Position numbers and translations under genes: made by a program. This document shows, in pieces, positions 11,799 through 23,735 of a DNA stretch of 64,000 nucleotides. Position 1 is the stretch's first letter, and the number at the start of each line of letters is the position of its first letter. Source of the stretch: Selaginella moellendorffii (Eukaryota > Plantae > Lycopodiophyta); NCBI RefSeq assembly GCF_000143415.4, contig NW_003314317.1, positions 372,001 to 436,000 on the forward strand, in the 5' to 3' direction. The notes under the pieces were generated by a model. It ran no database searches and had not been told where the DNA came from. It saw nothing but the letters and a program-made list of their open reading frames with translations.

Positions 11799-14700
11799 AA
11801 GTCTTTAGAAGTGAGACACCAAGTCTCACTCCCTTCAAAACATTATGAGAAACTCTTTATTCTTATTGCTAAACTATGCTATAGTCTCTCATGATTTGTG
11901 TAGAAATGCCCTCCTAATAGTCATGATTGCATGGTGACTTTTGACTTGACCATCTGCCACATGGCATAAATGAAGAATATTCCAGGGGATCTATATCTTG
12001 GAGCACACTCGGGAATTGGTGGTAGCTTGTCCAGCTGATTAAACTTGCAAAGCAACAAGCCAGTAACTTGCTCTTGGAAATCTTGAAGCTGAAGCATTGT
12101 AAGAGCTAGAGATGCAAAAATGCTTGGTCTCTGCATTGATGAAGAAAGTCTTACTCACTAGTAGTAAACATTTTAAAGTTCAAAAGAGGAACATACCCAA
12201 TTGCATCAACTTGTTGAGTTGCTTTTTTTAATGTCTCTTTAAGAAAGCTCTCTTTAACTTTCCCATGATTGCCAAAACGCAACTCCAATTTAAAGTGCTC
12301 AAGAGCATCTTCAATTGAAGCTTTCCTCACTGCTTCTAAATCTTCCTTTTGTGCAATCAACTTAAACACGCTAGAAAATGGCTTGCTGTCCAAAGTTGCA
12401 TTGTGGAAGGGTAAAGACAAATCATCCCACTCTGAAGTGATCACACAGGCTATGAGGGCAATGCCTCAAATCACAAGCAAGGGTTATTAATCAATGGCTC
12501 CTAATTTGAAACAGCTGATTTAAGGCTCATAAAAGTGGCCATGAATGTGAGCAGCAAAGCAAGAGGAACTTGGCACTAAAGAATACATAGGGAGGAATAG
12601 GGGGAAACATAGGTGACTAGAATGGCTTGAGTGGTTACCATTGATGTAGGGAGTAGTGGCGTTGAGGCTGGGGATTGTGATGGTAGGGAGGGAAGTGCTT
12701 CAAACTAGATCTCGGTTGCATCAGGGTAAGTGCTTGAAGCAAGGACAAGGGCAGCAATATAGCACTAGAATTCCTAGGCAAAAAGGGCAGGCTGTGGTAG
12801 TGATGCTAAGCACCAGACCTATCACTTGAGTAGTCTGAGAGATGTAGTGGGCACTAAGGCTTGTGCACTTTGAGCCATATGGCCACAACCAGGGCTGGAT
12901 GTGTCAATCACATTTCTTGGAGTAAGGGAACATCATGGAGGATCACTTTGGCTGCCTAGATTGCAATGAAGATGGTGAGGGCAATTGTCTTGGGCGTGGA
13001 GGCCTTGTGTGTTATAGATGCCGCAGATAAGTTGGTACTCAACTAGTTGCAAGAATGTGTGGAGTTTGGCAGCTGTTTCAAGATGAAGGGTGGAGTGTGA
13101 AGAGGTGTGGATACTCTTCTTCGCTAGATATCTATTGCTAGTGAGAAAACAAAAGGGAAAAGGGCTGATCTCCAGGGGCTGAGATAGAAAGATGTTGTGT
13201 ATTAATAAGAAAATGATGAATGGAGATGGGGATCCACAAATTGGATTCCCCCCTTTGAAAGGTTGGCAGTTCTAACTGCCAGCATATGCTAATGAATGGT
13301 ATATGTTGTGCATGATCCAATCTATGGCTCTGATGTAGCCCTAGGTTCAAAGTTAGAGTCCCCTGAGCTTGGGATTTTGGTTGATACACTTTGCTCCCCT
13401 GACAGAACTAGACACTATCCTCGGTGTGAATGTAGTCAATTTCCATTGCTTGTTGTTGCTATTGCTCAAGTCAATAGAGGCGACACTTCTACTATAGAAG
13501 TGTAAGCTCGTGGTTGGGGACACTGTCTGGTGGATCTGTCCCATCTTCCTGGAGCTCGGCTACCTCGGCCAGGAGGGCAGTATGATCATCCTCAAGCTTC
13601 CAATAGCAGGTGTTGAGCTCTTTGTACTTGAATTTGTAGGTGAATTCATGAGCTGCTGATGGGGTTGATGGCTACTTGGAGACGATCTTCCTAATGTCCC
13701 AAAGGTTGGTGCAAATCTGCTTCATCTCCTCGAGCTGAGTATCAAGCCGGCGGTTTAAGGGCTCATAGAACTCCTTCTTGATCACTCCCTAGGTATATAT
13801 GAAGGAGTCTTGCTTGAGAAGATGCCGTGCGATGTCGGCTGGTGTTGGGAAGTGGTTTGCTTACTCGCGGTGCATGCGTTGATTGAGGGCTTCAAACAAC
13901 TTGCAGGTGCAGTAGCTTGGGTCGCAGAGTTTATCCTCGTACTCCTTCCTGATCTCATCGTAATCACAATGTACCTGACTCTATCGTTGAGGCATGGTTG
14001 CTTCTCTTGCTCTTGCTCTGTGATCCTAGTGTTGTTCGCTAGGGTTTGCTGTGTTCTTGGTGGGATTTGAAGTTGCTGGAGGCTTAATCTGCTTCATTGG
14101 ATGTAGGTGACGTAGTTGGGCCAGATTCTTTGAGGTGGTTGGAGATGAGCTTTTTGGTTTGATGCTGGATGAACGGCCTAGATGTGGTGCTGAAATTAAT
14201 TTATCTGTTGGGGTTGAACAGCCAAAATCTTCCATTTGGAATTTTGTTGAAGGAGCGGAAGTTTTGTTGATTCTGGTCATGGCATTTGCTTGTTGAATTT
14301 GGGTGAATTGTCGTGAGGTGGGTAGATTTCGTGATCTTTCTTGCTATTAGTGCATAGAGAATGGAAAAAGAATTGAAGAATTTGTAAACTTGAAGGGGAA
14401 TTCAGAGGCCGTGGTCGCCAATGAAGAGGTGTGGATACTCCTCTTCGCTGAATATCAATTGCTAGTGAGAAAACAAAAGGGAAAAAGGCTTGATCTCCAG
14501 GGGCTGAGAAAGAAAGATAAATGAATGAATGCTGTGTATTGATTCATTTATAATGATGAATGGAGATAGGGATCCATAATTCAGAATCCCCCATTTGAAA
14601 GGCTGGCAGTTTTAACTACCAACATATGCTAATGAGTGGTATATGCATGCATGATCCAATCTATGGCTCCGATGCAGCCTTGGGTTCAAGGTCGAAGTCC

Positions 14701-15325
14701 TCTGAGCCTAGGGTTTTGGTTAATACAGAGTGCTAAAGGCCATGCAAGACTGAAGGAGGTAGTAAATTCCTAAGGTAGCCATCCTAAAAGAACACTTGCT
14801 AGGTTGGAGGTGGGGAAAAAGGCAGCCAAAGAAAATTCATTTAGGTGTAACATTATGGCTTGAAGCTTTGCAATTTTTGTTTGTAAGTCTAGAGCAAGTG
14901 GCAAATTTGGAATTGGATTATATCCCAAAGAAGAATAGGAAAATAGCTGCAATAACAGTGGTAGAAAATTATATGCTATGTGTTCTTTTATCTTTTTTGT
15001 CTTTGTCTCATCCTGTGAAGCACTTACAATTGTGATCATGCTGTTCTTTAGTCCTGACAGTGTGATGACACTACTTGGTTCAACTCTCCTTGCTTGAACT
15101 CTATAGGCTTGGGTAGGCAACATGATTTAGGTAGTGCACCAAAAATAACAACTAGGAAACAAGTCTTTAGAAGTAAAACACCAAGTTTCACTCACTCTAA
15201 GACATTGTGAAGAACTCTTTATTTTTATTGTTAATATGATTTGAATACAAGTGCCCTCCCAATGGTTGTAATTATATGATTTAACCATCCACCATATGGC
15301 ATATATGAAAAATATTCCAAAGGAA
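11799..15325 (-). mobile_element. Highly degraded element bounded by diverged ~170-190 bp direct repeats (11799-11990 / 15161-15325)
   Basis: Both repeats contain aagtctttagaagt.a.acaccaagt.tcactc and atggcata.atgaa.aatattcca; broken minus-strand ORFs lie between. Class unresolved. Confidence 0.35.
13098..14727 (-). mobile_element. Non-autonomous LTR retrotransposon (TRIM/LARD-like), LTRs 13098-13388 and 14422-14727
   Basis: Diverged direct repeats with TG...CA ends; 5-bp TSD GAGTG (13093-13097, 14728-14732); minus-strand PBS TGGCGACCAC (14411-14420); purine tract AGGGGAGCAAAG next to the 3' LTR; ~1 kb interior with no pol. Confidence 0.85.
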
Positions 15326-16170
15326 CCCACTGATTCCAAGTTGGAACAACTTCCCACTACCATAAAATTTCCAAAACTACTCCTACCAAAAGGTTAGGAT
15401 GGATCTTTTCTAATATAGACACAAGGTGATTGTGGTTTGCCAGTGTAAAGATAACCAATTGGGCTATTGTATTGCTAGAGTTGGAAGAAGTTGAAGAAGT
15501 GAGCCTCAATGGAAGTTGATTGGATGAGATATCTTTTTACCTTAGTTTTGCCATTTAGATATTTCAGTTTTAGATGAAATTGTAGACTATTTTATCCTTA
15601 TTTATCCACTAAGATGTCCTAATTTTAGATCCAAGGATGTTATAATGCATCTTCATTAATGTTGTAGGCTATTTTATCTCTATTTATCTCCAAAAATCCA
15701 CATTAATAGTATATCAAAATCTTATCTCATAATCATATATGCACTAAGACCAATAAAAATGATAGGATATTTTAATATTGACTATCAAAATGAAGAAGCA
15801 AAAAAATAATGGAGAAAGAAGAATACATAGATATAATATATACAAAAGTAGGAATAGCACCAACATATTGGACAGATCATAACAAATTATATATTATGAT
15901 AAAAAAATTGTTTTTAAAAGTAAGCCAAGTGTTGTTACACAGCAATTTATTTTTAAAATTATAGATTATTTTTTAGTTGAAAAATCATGATTTGAGTGGA
16001 AGTCAAATAACACATTTAATCCAAAACCTGTAAAAGAACTTATTTTTAGAAAGAATGGAGAGAAAGAAAAACCTTTGAACTCATAAGCTAAGTAAAAAAA
16101 ATTAAAGAAAATACTAACTAGAATTACTAGCTAAATTTGCAACAACATAAAGTATATTAAGTGCTGTTTC

Positions 16171-16490
16171 TGGAGCAGCAGTTGAGGTCAAAGCATTTGA
16201 CATCCCCAACCCTCCATTCTTGACAGGATTGCCAGCCCCCACAGTCCCACCCCATCACTTATGCTACCAAGCTTGATTGAATCCATAGCTTCTTACTTAT
16301 CTGAAATTGTTAAAATTTTCAAAATCATCAACTAGCAGAGCGTCAAAATTGCAAAAATCATCAACAAGGAAGAAGAAGATTTGATCGAGCTCGGTAGCAC
16401 AAAATGATGGAGCAGGACTGGGGGCTAGAAATCCTATTGGGAGCAGAGGCTGCAGGGATGTCAAAGGCTTTGATCCTGACTTGTGCTCTA
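16171..16490. repeat. Diverged inverted repeat, ~112-bp arms (16171-16282 / 16379-16490)
   Basis: Arm 1 (gtcaaagcatttgacatccc...atgctaccaagcttgat) aligns with the reverse complement of arm 2 (atcaaagcctttgacatccc...gtgctaccgagctcgat). Confidence 0.75.
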
Positions 16491-17042
16491 CTAGTTAATG
16501 TAGCAAACTCTGAATCTTGACTTCTTTCCCAAGGTCCATCCATGGATTTGACAGGAATAGCTTGGATGTGGGCTGAAGCAACAACCCTGTAGCAGAAAAT
16601 GGGAGCGGGCGGGTAAGAAAGTCTCTCACCTTCAATTGGTGCACAATTGCAAGGAAGATTGTACACAGACCTCCATTCTTGCTCATCATGTGTCAGACCA
16701 TTGGGGCTGCACTTTGACTAAGTAGAATAGAACACATCTCTCGCCCTTCCTCCCTCATGTACACTACTGGTCAGTTAAATAATACAAACAGCCTCAAGAA
16801 GATGATTTTGCTTGTTATGATTCATAACTTCCATTCCAGGATCACCAAGAAGCACGTTTTCATGGAGTTCCCGCATAATGCATGTAGCATCAAGAGAAAA
16901 TTAAAAAAATTAAAAAATAAAAAATAAAAAGGTAAGCTGCTTACTTATAGAGATTGAATCTCCTCCACTACCAAGTATTCTAAGAAATGAAATACTTTTG
17001 TGGAAGAGGCAGCTGTAGTACTTTGGAGACAATGTCGCCAGA

Positions 17043-17132
17043 CCGGCAACTTCCTTGCAAAGCTAAATTTCTTGCACGTAATTGCAGCTCTCGGTATGAT
17101 CACAGCCATAAATCCCCAGAGGACGAATATCC
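17043..17132 (-). pseudogene. Eroded copy of the CYP59 5'UTR, exon 1 and start of intron 1
   Basis: ccggcaactt.cttgcaaagct..ttcttgcacgta.ttg..cagctctcgg..cacagccat..aaatc.ccagagga.gaatatcc matches 9944-10092. Confidence 0.85.
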
Positions 17133-18178
17133 CCATCGAACTTTTTACTGATTCTAGTCAACGCATATAGTACCACCCGTTGACTCTTGTAGGACGGGTG
17201 CCAAAAGTTCGTCGCAAGTCGCCCGATCGAGAAACGATGGAGAGCGCGTTCTAAAAAATACTCAAGCACAGCATCTACGCACAAAGAAGGAAAGGTAAAC
17301 TAGAAAAACCAAAAACTAGAAAAGATCTCATGTACCATTTCGGAGTTCACCAGCGATAATCACCAGCGTTTTGCTGTCGCAGAGCTTTTCCAGAGTGTCG
17401 AGAAGATCTTGGACAGCTTTCTCGTTGTAAATCACATCCGACGCAATCACTGGCAAAAGAAGGAGAGATTTCCAACAAAAAGAGAAAGCAAAAGGAATCT
17501 GAAGAATCACCATAATCTGGAGATGGATCGATGACCTCGTTGTCTATTTCATCTCCCCACGAAAGCTCTCTCACACAAGCGGAGCCTCTAGCAGCAAAGC
17601 AGCTCACGTTCTCGTCCACATTTTTCTGGAGAAGTCTTAAGCGATCCGGCAAGTCCGTGAGAATGACTCTGGCACCGAGAAGCGCTGCAACACATCTGAT
17701 ATACATAAAACCATGAGATGAAATTCACCCAAGAACAAATCTAAAGTTACCCGGCAAGGCCGCATCCAGCTCCGAGCTCCACGCATTTCTTCCCTTGGAG
17801 CTCGAGCGTCCCGCTATCCACAGCGTGCTCTAGAAATTTCGTGAGGATCACGGCCGAATCCCACACCACCGCGCCTGTCACACCTGGTTTTTGCTACGAT
17901 TACAAAGAAATCTTCTTAGCTCCCAAATTACTCACAGATCTCCAGCTTACCATCGAAGACGGTGCCTGATGGATCAGAATATCATAGCCAGCGGCAGAGA
18001 TCGTGAAGCGGAGCGATTCTTGCTGGACAAACGCATTGTGCCGTGCAGCGGTCGGCTGCTGGAAGCACCACAGCAAGAGCGTCTCCTCCGGCGCATTCCT
18101 CACGGCGAAGAGGGGCACTCGATCCAGATTCTCGAAGCAAACCTCTTCCTGGCCATCGCCATCGCCATCGCGCTCCAT
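17063..18178 (-). CDS. METTL21-like protein-lysine methyltransferase (Methyltransf_16), spliced
   Basis: VTGAVVWDSAVIL, CVELGAGCGLAG (SAM motif I), ILTDLPDRL, LSWG, IASDVIYNE. Confidence 0.9.
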
Positions 18179-18470
18179 CCTAAAACCCTAAGGGCATTTT
18201 GGCGGGCAACGCATATTCGCCTAAAGAAATATGCCCTTTTTGTCGCTCGCGGTGTCGATATGCTGTAAGAAAGAAGGGGAGAGAGAAAGAGCTATGGTGG
18301 CAATCCCTTGGTTTTTTTTCTTCTATTCTCTTCCTTTTTCTTGTTAGGGTTTGCCACTCGTCCTAGGGCTCGCGCCGCGTGGGCGGCGCCACGAGGAAGA
18401 CGAAGACTCGTCCACCGCGAAGAATGCGACCGAGGATTCCTCGATCTTTGTCCCGGTTTGTGTAGATTAG

Positions 18471-20814
18471 ATGCAAGGATGCGCTGCGCCGCTCTCGGCA
18501 ATGAATTCCATGCCGCCATCGGCTGCTGCTGGCAGCCGGATAGAGGCGGCGGTGTGGAATCGCCGGGTAGTCGTCCAAAATCGGGCGCATTGGAGGCGAA
18601 ATATCTCACAGCGGTGGAGATTTCTAGAGAAGGATTGTGTTCTTGGGGCTAGGAAGTGGGTGAATGGAGGGAGCTGGACAGGAGGAAGAAATGGGAGGAT
18701 GGAATCGATGTTTCGATGTCGATTCCAAGGGAGGACGACCCAGCGTACGGCGAATAAGAAAGGAAAGCTTCTGGATAGTGACGAGCCAATCTCGCTTCCA
18801 GTGGCACTCCTCTCGGTTCCACTGGGACTCGAGGCTGGTTCGTGGATTACGTCCGAGGTGGTCTCCAGCTACATGTGGTTCAAAGTGGTTCTCCGGCACG
18901 TCTTTCCACTCGCCATGACCATGGGAGCTCTCGAAAACTCTTCCGAGCTTCTGGAGCTTTCGTTGGATTCATCCCTTGGCCGAATGGTGCTGTGGAAGAA
19001 GCGTCAGAGCATCAAAGCTAGACAGAGGAGGAGGTCCTACGGTGCAGCCGCGGAGCCTGTTCCAGCCGAGAAGAAGATTGCCGGTTACTTGCCCGTCATG
19101 TCCAGTGCTTCCTCGTACGTCTGGTGTCCGCCGTCGCAGCAGCTCTTACTTCCAGCTCCACCGACATGGTCACTTCTAGTGGCCATCGAGTCTCTGTCCA
19201 GCGAGCTCGACTGCTACGTCTCTCGTTTCAAGTCCGGCATGAAAGCTCCGGACTGGTGGGATGCCATGGGTGAAACTTACGGAGTTTCGTTACTCGTGCT
19301 CGTCGGCATGGGTTACTGGGTGCAAGGATTTCGATGCTTCCCTTGGCTGGGGATGAACTATTACTTCAAGGACGGACTCCAGCTCGACCCGCTAACTCTC
19401 CAGTTTCTACAAAATACCGTCAACCTCCCGTATCTCGCCAAGCCAATCTACGGCATTATCTCTGACTCGGTCTACATTCACGGTGCTCATCGTGTGCCTT
19501 ACATTATAATTGCAGGTATGTTGCTATCTTGCTAGCTTTGATATATTTTGCTTTCGGATAGATTTCTTACGATCTTGTTTTGCAGGAATATGTCAAGTGA
19601 TGTCATGGGGAACAATCATAGCAGTGCCAGGGGCTAGAAGGTCTGCCGGAATGCTCACAGCGTTTTTAACGTTTGGCAACTTCGGTGCTGCGGTAGCGGA
19701 TGTAGCCAACGACGCTCTCGTTGCCGAAGCTGGGAAGAAGAAAGGCTGCACTGGTGGACAGCTCCAGTCTTTCGCGTGGCTAGCTTCAGCAGCGGGTGGT
19801 CTCCTGGGGAACCTCTTGTCCGGCCTTGCTCTCAGCGGCATGAACTTCGAGAGCATGTTCACGATCTTCGTCATGTTCCTCGTGTGCCATCTCGCCATCG
19901 CCTTCATGGTTAGCGAGCAATCCTTCGGGCAGCGGAAGAGAGACGCCGGCAAAGGCAAGATGGTCGCCTTCCCAGGAGGACCAAAGCTCGGGAATCTCAT
20001 GAAGGGAGCAAAGGCCCGGGAGATGCAAGTTAAAGCTTACAGGAGCAACAAAGAGCTGCTCAAGAGCCAGGACGAGGACAAGATAACCGAGAGCCGCGAG
20101 CCAAAGGCCATCGACATCCCCAGGCAGGTATCAAAACTCTTCGGCCTCATCAAGTCGCCCGAGATCCTCCTGCCGCTGCTTTGGTTCATGGGATCCTACG
20201 CAGTCATCCCGACGCTCTCGGGGACCATCTTCTACTATCAGTCACAGGCGCTCAAGATCAACCCGGTCTACCTCGGCGTGGCCAAGATGCTGGGCCAGGC
20301 GGGGCTCCTCGCCGGAAGCATGCTCTACGAGAGATACTTGAAGCCGGTTCCATTGCGAAGGCTGGTCGGCTGCGTCCAAATCCTCCTCTCGGTGTGCATG
20401 CTAGCGGACATCGGGCTCGTCAACCGGATCAATCTCCAGCTTGGCATCCCGGACCATTTCTACATTCTTGGGGCCTCGGCGTTCGTGGAAGCCATCGGCC
20501 AGTTCAAGATACTACCATTCATGGTTTTTTTCGCAAAGCTTTGCCCGGCGGGGTGCGAGGGATCGCTGCTGGCCTTCTTCATGTCGTGCCAGTGCCTGTC
20601 GTGCATCGTGAGCGGCTATCTTGGGGTGGCCCTGGCATCGTTCCTGGCGATCAGTGCCAGCGATTTCACCCAGCTGGGGGTTGGGATTGTGGTGCAAGCG
20701 CTGGCGGCGCTGGTGCCACTGCTGGGATTAAGTTTGCTGCCGGGTGGAGAGATGGAAGACGAGGAAGAAGAAGAACAAGAGAAAGGTGCTGCTAAAGTAG
20801 AGAAGGTTATGTGA
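18471..20814 (+). CDS. Folate-biopterin transporter (BT1/MFS family), probably plastid-targeted; intron 19516-19585
   Basis: GYWVQGFRCFPWLGMNYYFKD, LPYLAKPIYGIISDSVYI.GAHRVPY, DVANDALVAE, LCPAGCEGSLLAFFMS; multiple TM helices and a long N-terminal extension. Confidence 0.93.
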
Positions 20815-20845
20815 GAAATTTTGCATTGTTGTAATATAATCACCG

Positions 20846-20975
20846 GGTCTTTATCCATGTCGAGGAAGTCCAATCGGAGCAAAGGCCGGACATATTGCGA
20901 TATGCGAATAGTATAGCGAAGTTTGCATAGTTCATGAATCCAGCTTCTTCCCGAAAACCTGATCTCAGAAATTCC
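20846..20975 (-). repeat. Diverged copy of 23580-23712 (5' end of the Crinkler-like pseudogene)
   Basis: Shared ttatccatgtcgag, gagcaaaggc..gacatattgcgatatgcg and cagaaattc. Confidence 0.7.
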
Positions 20976-21232
20976 ACGATACTCGTAGTAATGTCGGACC
21001 TAGGGTTTAAATAATAAAACTTAACAGAATATGCTAACAGAATATCTTCAGACATTGTTAGTTTGACCAAAGCATACAATGTATATGATTGGCAATGAAA
21101 AATTTCTTCATGTCAATCAACTTGGTAAAGTTAGCTTCACCAATGTAAAGATTTTATTTTCTTCTACACTAATATATAGACCACCTATCTATTTACCATC
21201 TCAGAAGTTCAAAGGTTGCTTTTTCAGTTGTA

Positions 21233-21734
21233 ATGGCATCCCAAGTTGCGCTTGTTTTGGCCCTCATTGTTGCTCTCTTTGCTTCTTATGCATCTGCAAA
21301 CTTGGTAAGTAAAGTCTAAATTGTAATAGATTCTAAATCTTCTATTCCAGTGCAAGAGCTACACCATCCAAGGTTCCGCCCAGTTTGTTCTTGGCCAAAA
21401 CGAGTTCCAAGTTGTTCCAACCGATGGTGCCATGGATCGTGATGGGTCCGTCCAAACATTTGCTGCTCCTCTTAGTGGAAACTCGGGATGCATCTACCAA
21501 GGTGTGATTGCCGACACTGGAGCTCTGGATTTCCAGGTTTCCCAGCTCAAGTGTGGGAACAACCGGGTGGAGTTCATGGGTGATGCTGGAGCTTCTGCAC
21601 CTGGTTCTTCCACCACATATGCGATTGTTGGCGGCACTGGCATTTATGTTGGAGCGATTGGAACAGTGACTGAGGTTTCACTAGGTGGCATGAACTATCA
21701 GGTCACCGCAAACATCAAGGTTTGCGACCAGTAA
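21233..21734 (+). CDS. Secreted dirigent/allene-oxide-cyclase-fold-like protein; intron 21305-21350
   Basis: Signal peptide MASQVALVLALIVALFASYASA; C-terminal YAIVGGTGIYVGAIGTV is typical of the dirigent/AOC barrel; TATA-like element at ~21171. Confidence 0.75.
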
Positions 21735-21949
21735 ATTATCTTCAAGATGATTATAACTTCTAACAACAACATAATAACATAAATCATAATTTTAAAGTGC
21801 GCTTTGCTCATCAAGATGAAAAAAAATAGCCGAGAGGGTTGAAATCTTGGAGCTAAGAATTTACTTGGTACTCAAACACCTCTTGAACACAAAAGCTCAT
21901 CTAGTTTAACTGTTCATAAATAACAACGTTAACAATAGTACGTTTACAT

Positions 21950-23735
21950 TCACAGCTTGCCAATTCGATTTCCTCCAGTTCTGATAATTTTCTTCCGGAT
22001 AAATCTCTGTCCTGAGGAGGAATGCCAGTCCACTCCATCACTTTCAACAAGCTCGCTTGCAACAGCCATAAAATGGTCTTCAAGGAGAAAAGCACCAGAC
22101 CGAATGGCAGTGGTACTGGTACCGCGAACGGATTTACCTTCAAGAGCAACGAGCGTGCCCAGAAGAGAAAAGAGGTGAAGCTTGTTTGCTAGTTGCTAGC
22201 TTTTTCTATGGAGTGGTGTTCATCAGTTCCAACCCGGCAACTTCCGTATTATGAAAGTGTTCACAGTTTCTTCAACTGGTGATTCAAGCCAGATGGTCCG
22301 GTTCACTGGAATTGGATGTTGCAAGTCGTCCAGCTTTTCGACTTCGACCACCTCCCCAAATTTGATAGTCCGACCTTCTATGACCACCTCTCCAAAGTTG
22401 AAACTCCGACCCCCGTTGAAACCTGGAGAAAGCGTTCTCCACAGGTCTGAGACTTGAACTCGTGCCAGAAGATGTGGCCCTTGTATGCATTCACTCCATG
22501 GCTCTCCTTGAAGCTCAAGAACACCCTAGAAGCTTTGAGCGTCTTTGCCGCTGCCTCAACGAGGTATAACATGCTCACTCAGTGGTGCACCATGCTGTGA
22601 GAGTGGTCACTGTCCGTAATCTGCTTTCCTGCTGCTTCTACTGTCTGAACAGAATTCAAGCTAGCGACCAGGGAATCCAGATCAAAGTGCCCCCCATTTC
22701 TCCTTCACCACATTGAGTGGTCAAACTCATTTTTGCTTCATCCAGCTTCATTCTGGCACTCACCCATGAATTGAATAGGATCAAATACTTCCTGCCAAGC
22801 TAGAGCAATCTCGGCAGCAGACCAAACCGGTAGAAACACCTGTGGAGTGCGGGCATCCTTATAAAACTCCTGAAAGTCTATCAACTTTGGGCTGGATATC
22901 AATAGAACTTGCTGCTGCCAAGAGCGAACCATCTGTCGATACATGACATCTTCTCAGCGTGCTGCGGTTCAAAGAGATGACCACTCTTGCTCTGAAAAGC
23001 CACCACCTTCCTGTCCTTAGTAGAGTTGTAATGAGAAAGGCGTGCTGTTGCCAATCCCAGGCACCCCCCACAGCAAAACCGACTTGCACCTTTCCCCATC
23101 GCCACGAGCTTCTTACGGAGCTCAGTGTAGCACGGCCGCTCCAAAATCCGAGTAGTACCACTTGCACACAAAAGAGCCTCCCGAGCAATCTGAGATGCCT
23201 CAGTTTGGAAGTCAAACAATGTTGTAGTCAGTAGTTAAATCTTGTTGGTGAATGAATGCAGAGAAACTATGCCTGAAAGAACTGACAATCTCCCTGACTA
23301 AGTGCATCTCGTTGCTGAACGTCGCTGAAGCCTTCATGAATGAGAACACAAGAAACTATGTCAAAGAATCAAAACACCCACCAGATTTGCATCATGCTCC
23401 ACGATTAACTCGAAAATATAGGACTGAATCCGTCAGACAGTTCCGAGATCTCATTCCCTGGTTTCAGAGTGACGGGTCGCTCCTCGCACTCAAGATTCAT
23501 TTCCACGGTGAACTCTTCAATCATTGCATAGAAATGACTAAGAAAGAATGAGGAACAAAGAACTGAAAGTCGTTGCCATGGTCCTTATCCATGTCGAGCA
23601 AAGGCATGACATATTGCGATATGCGCCTTGCAGTAGTTCGTCCTGCTTTGTGAATCCAAGCTCTTTCAGCTTCTTGCCATGGATCGGAAGGGTACCTTGA
23701 TTTCAGAAATTCTTCAAACTCGCTCACTGACAAAA
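21950..23735 (-). pseudogene. Crinkler/RHS-type P-loop NTPase (plus possible REase) pseudogene
   Basis: Across frames: ILERPCYTEL, VLLWGVPGIGNST (Walker A, K>N; ~23041-23079), VLLISSPK...FYKD...FLPVWSAAEI, YKGHIF. Many stops and frameshifts. Confidence 0.55.
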
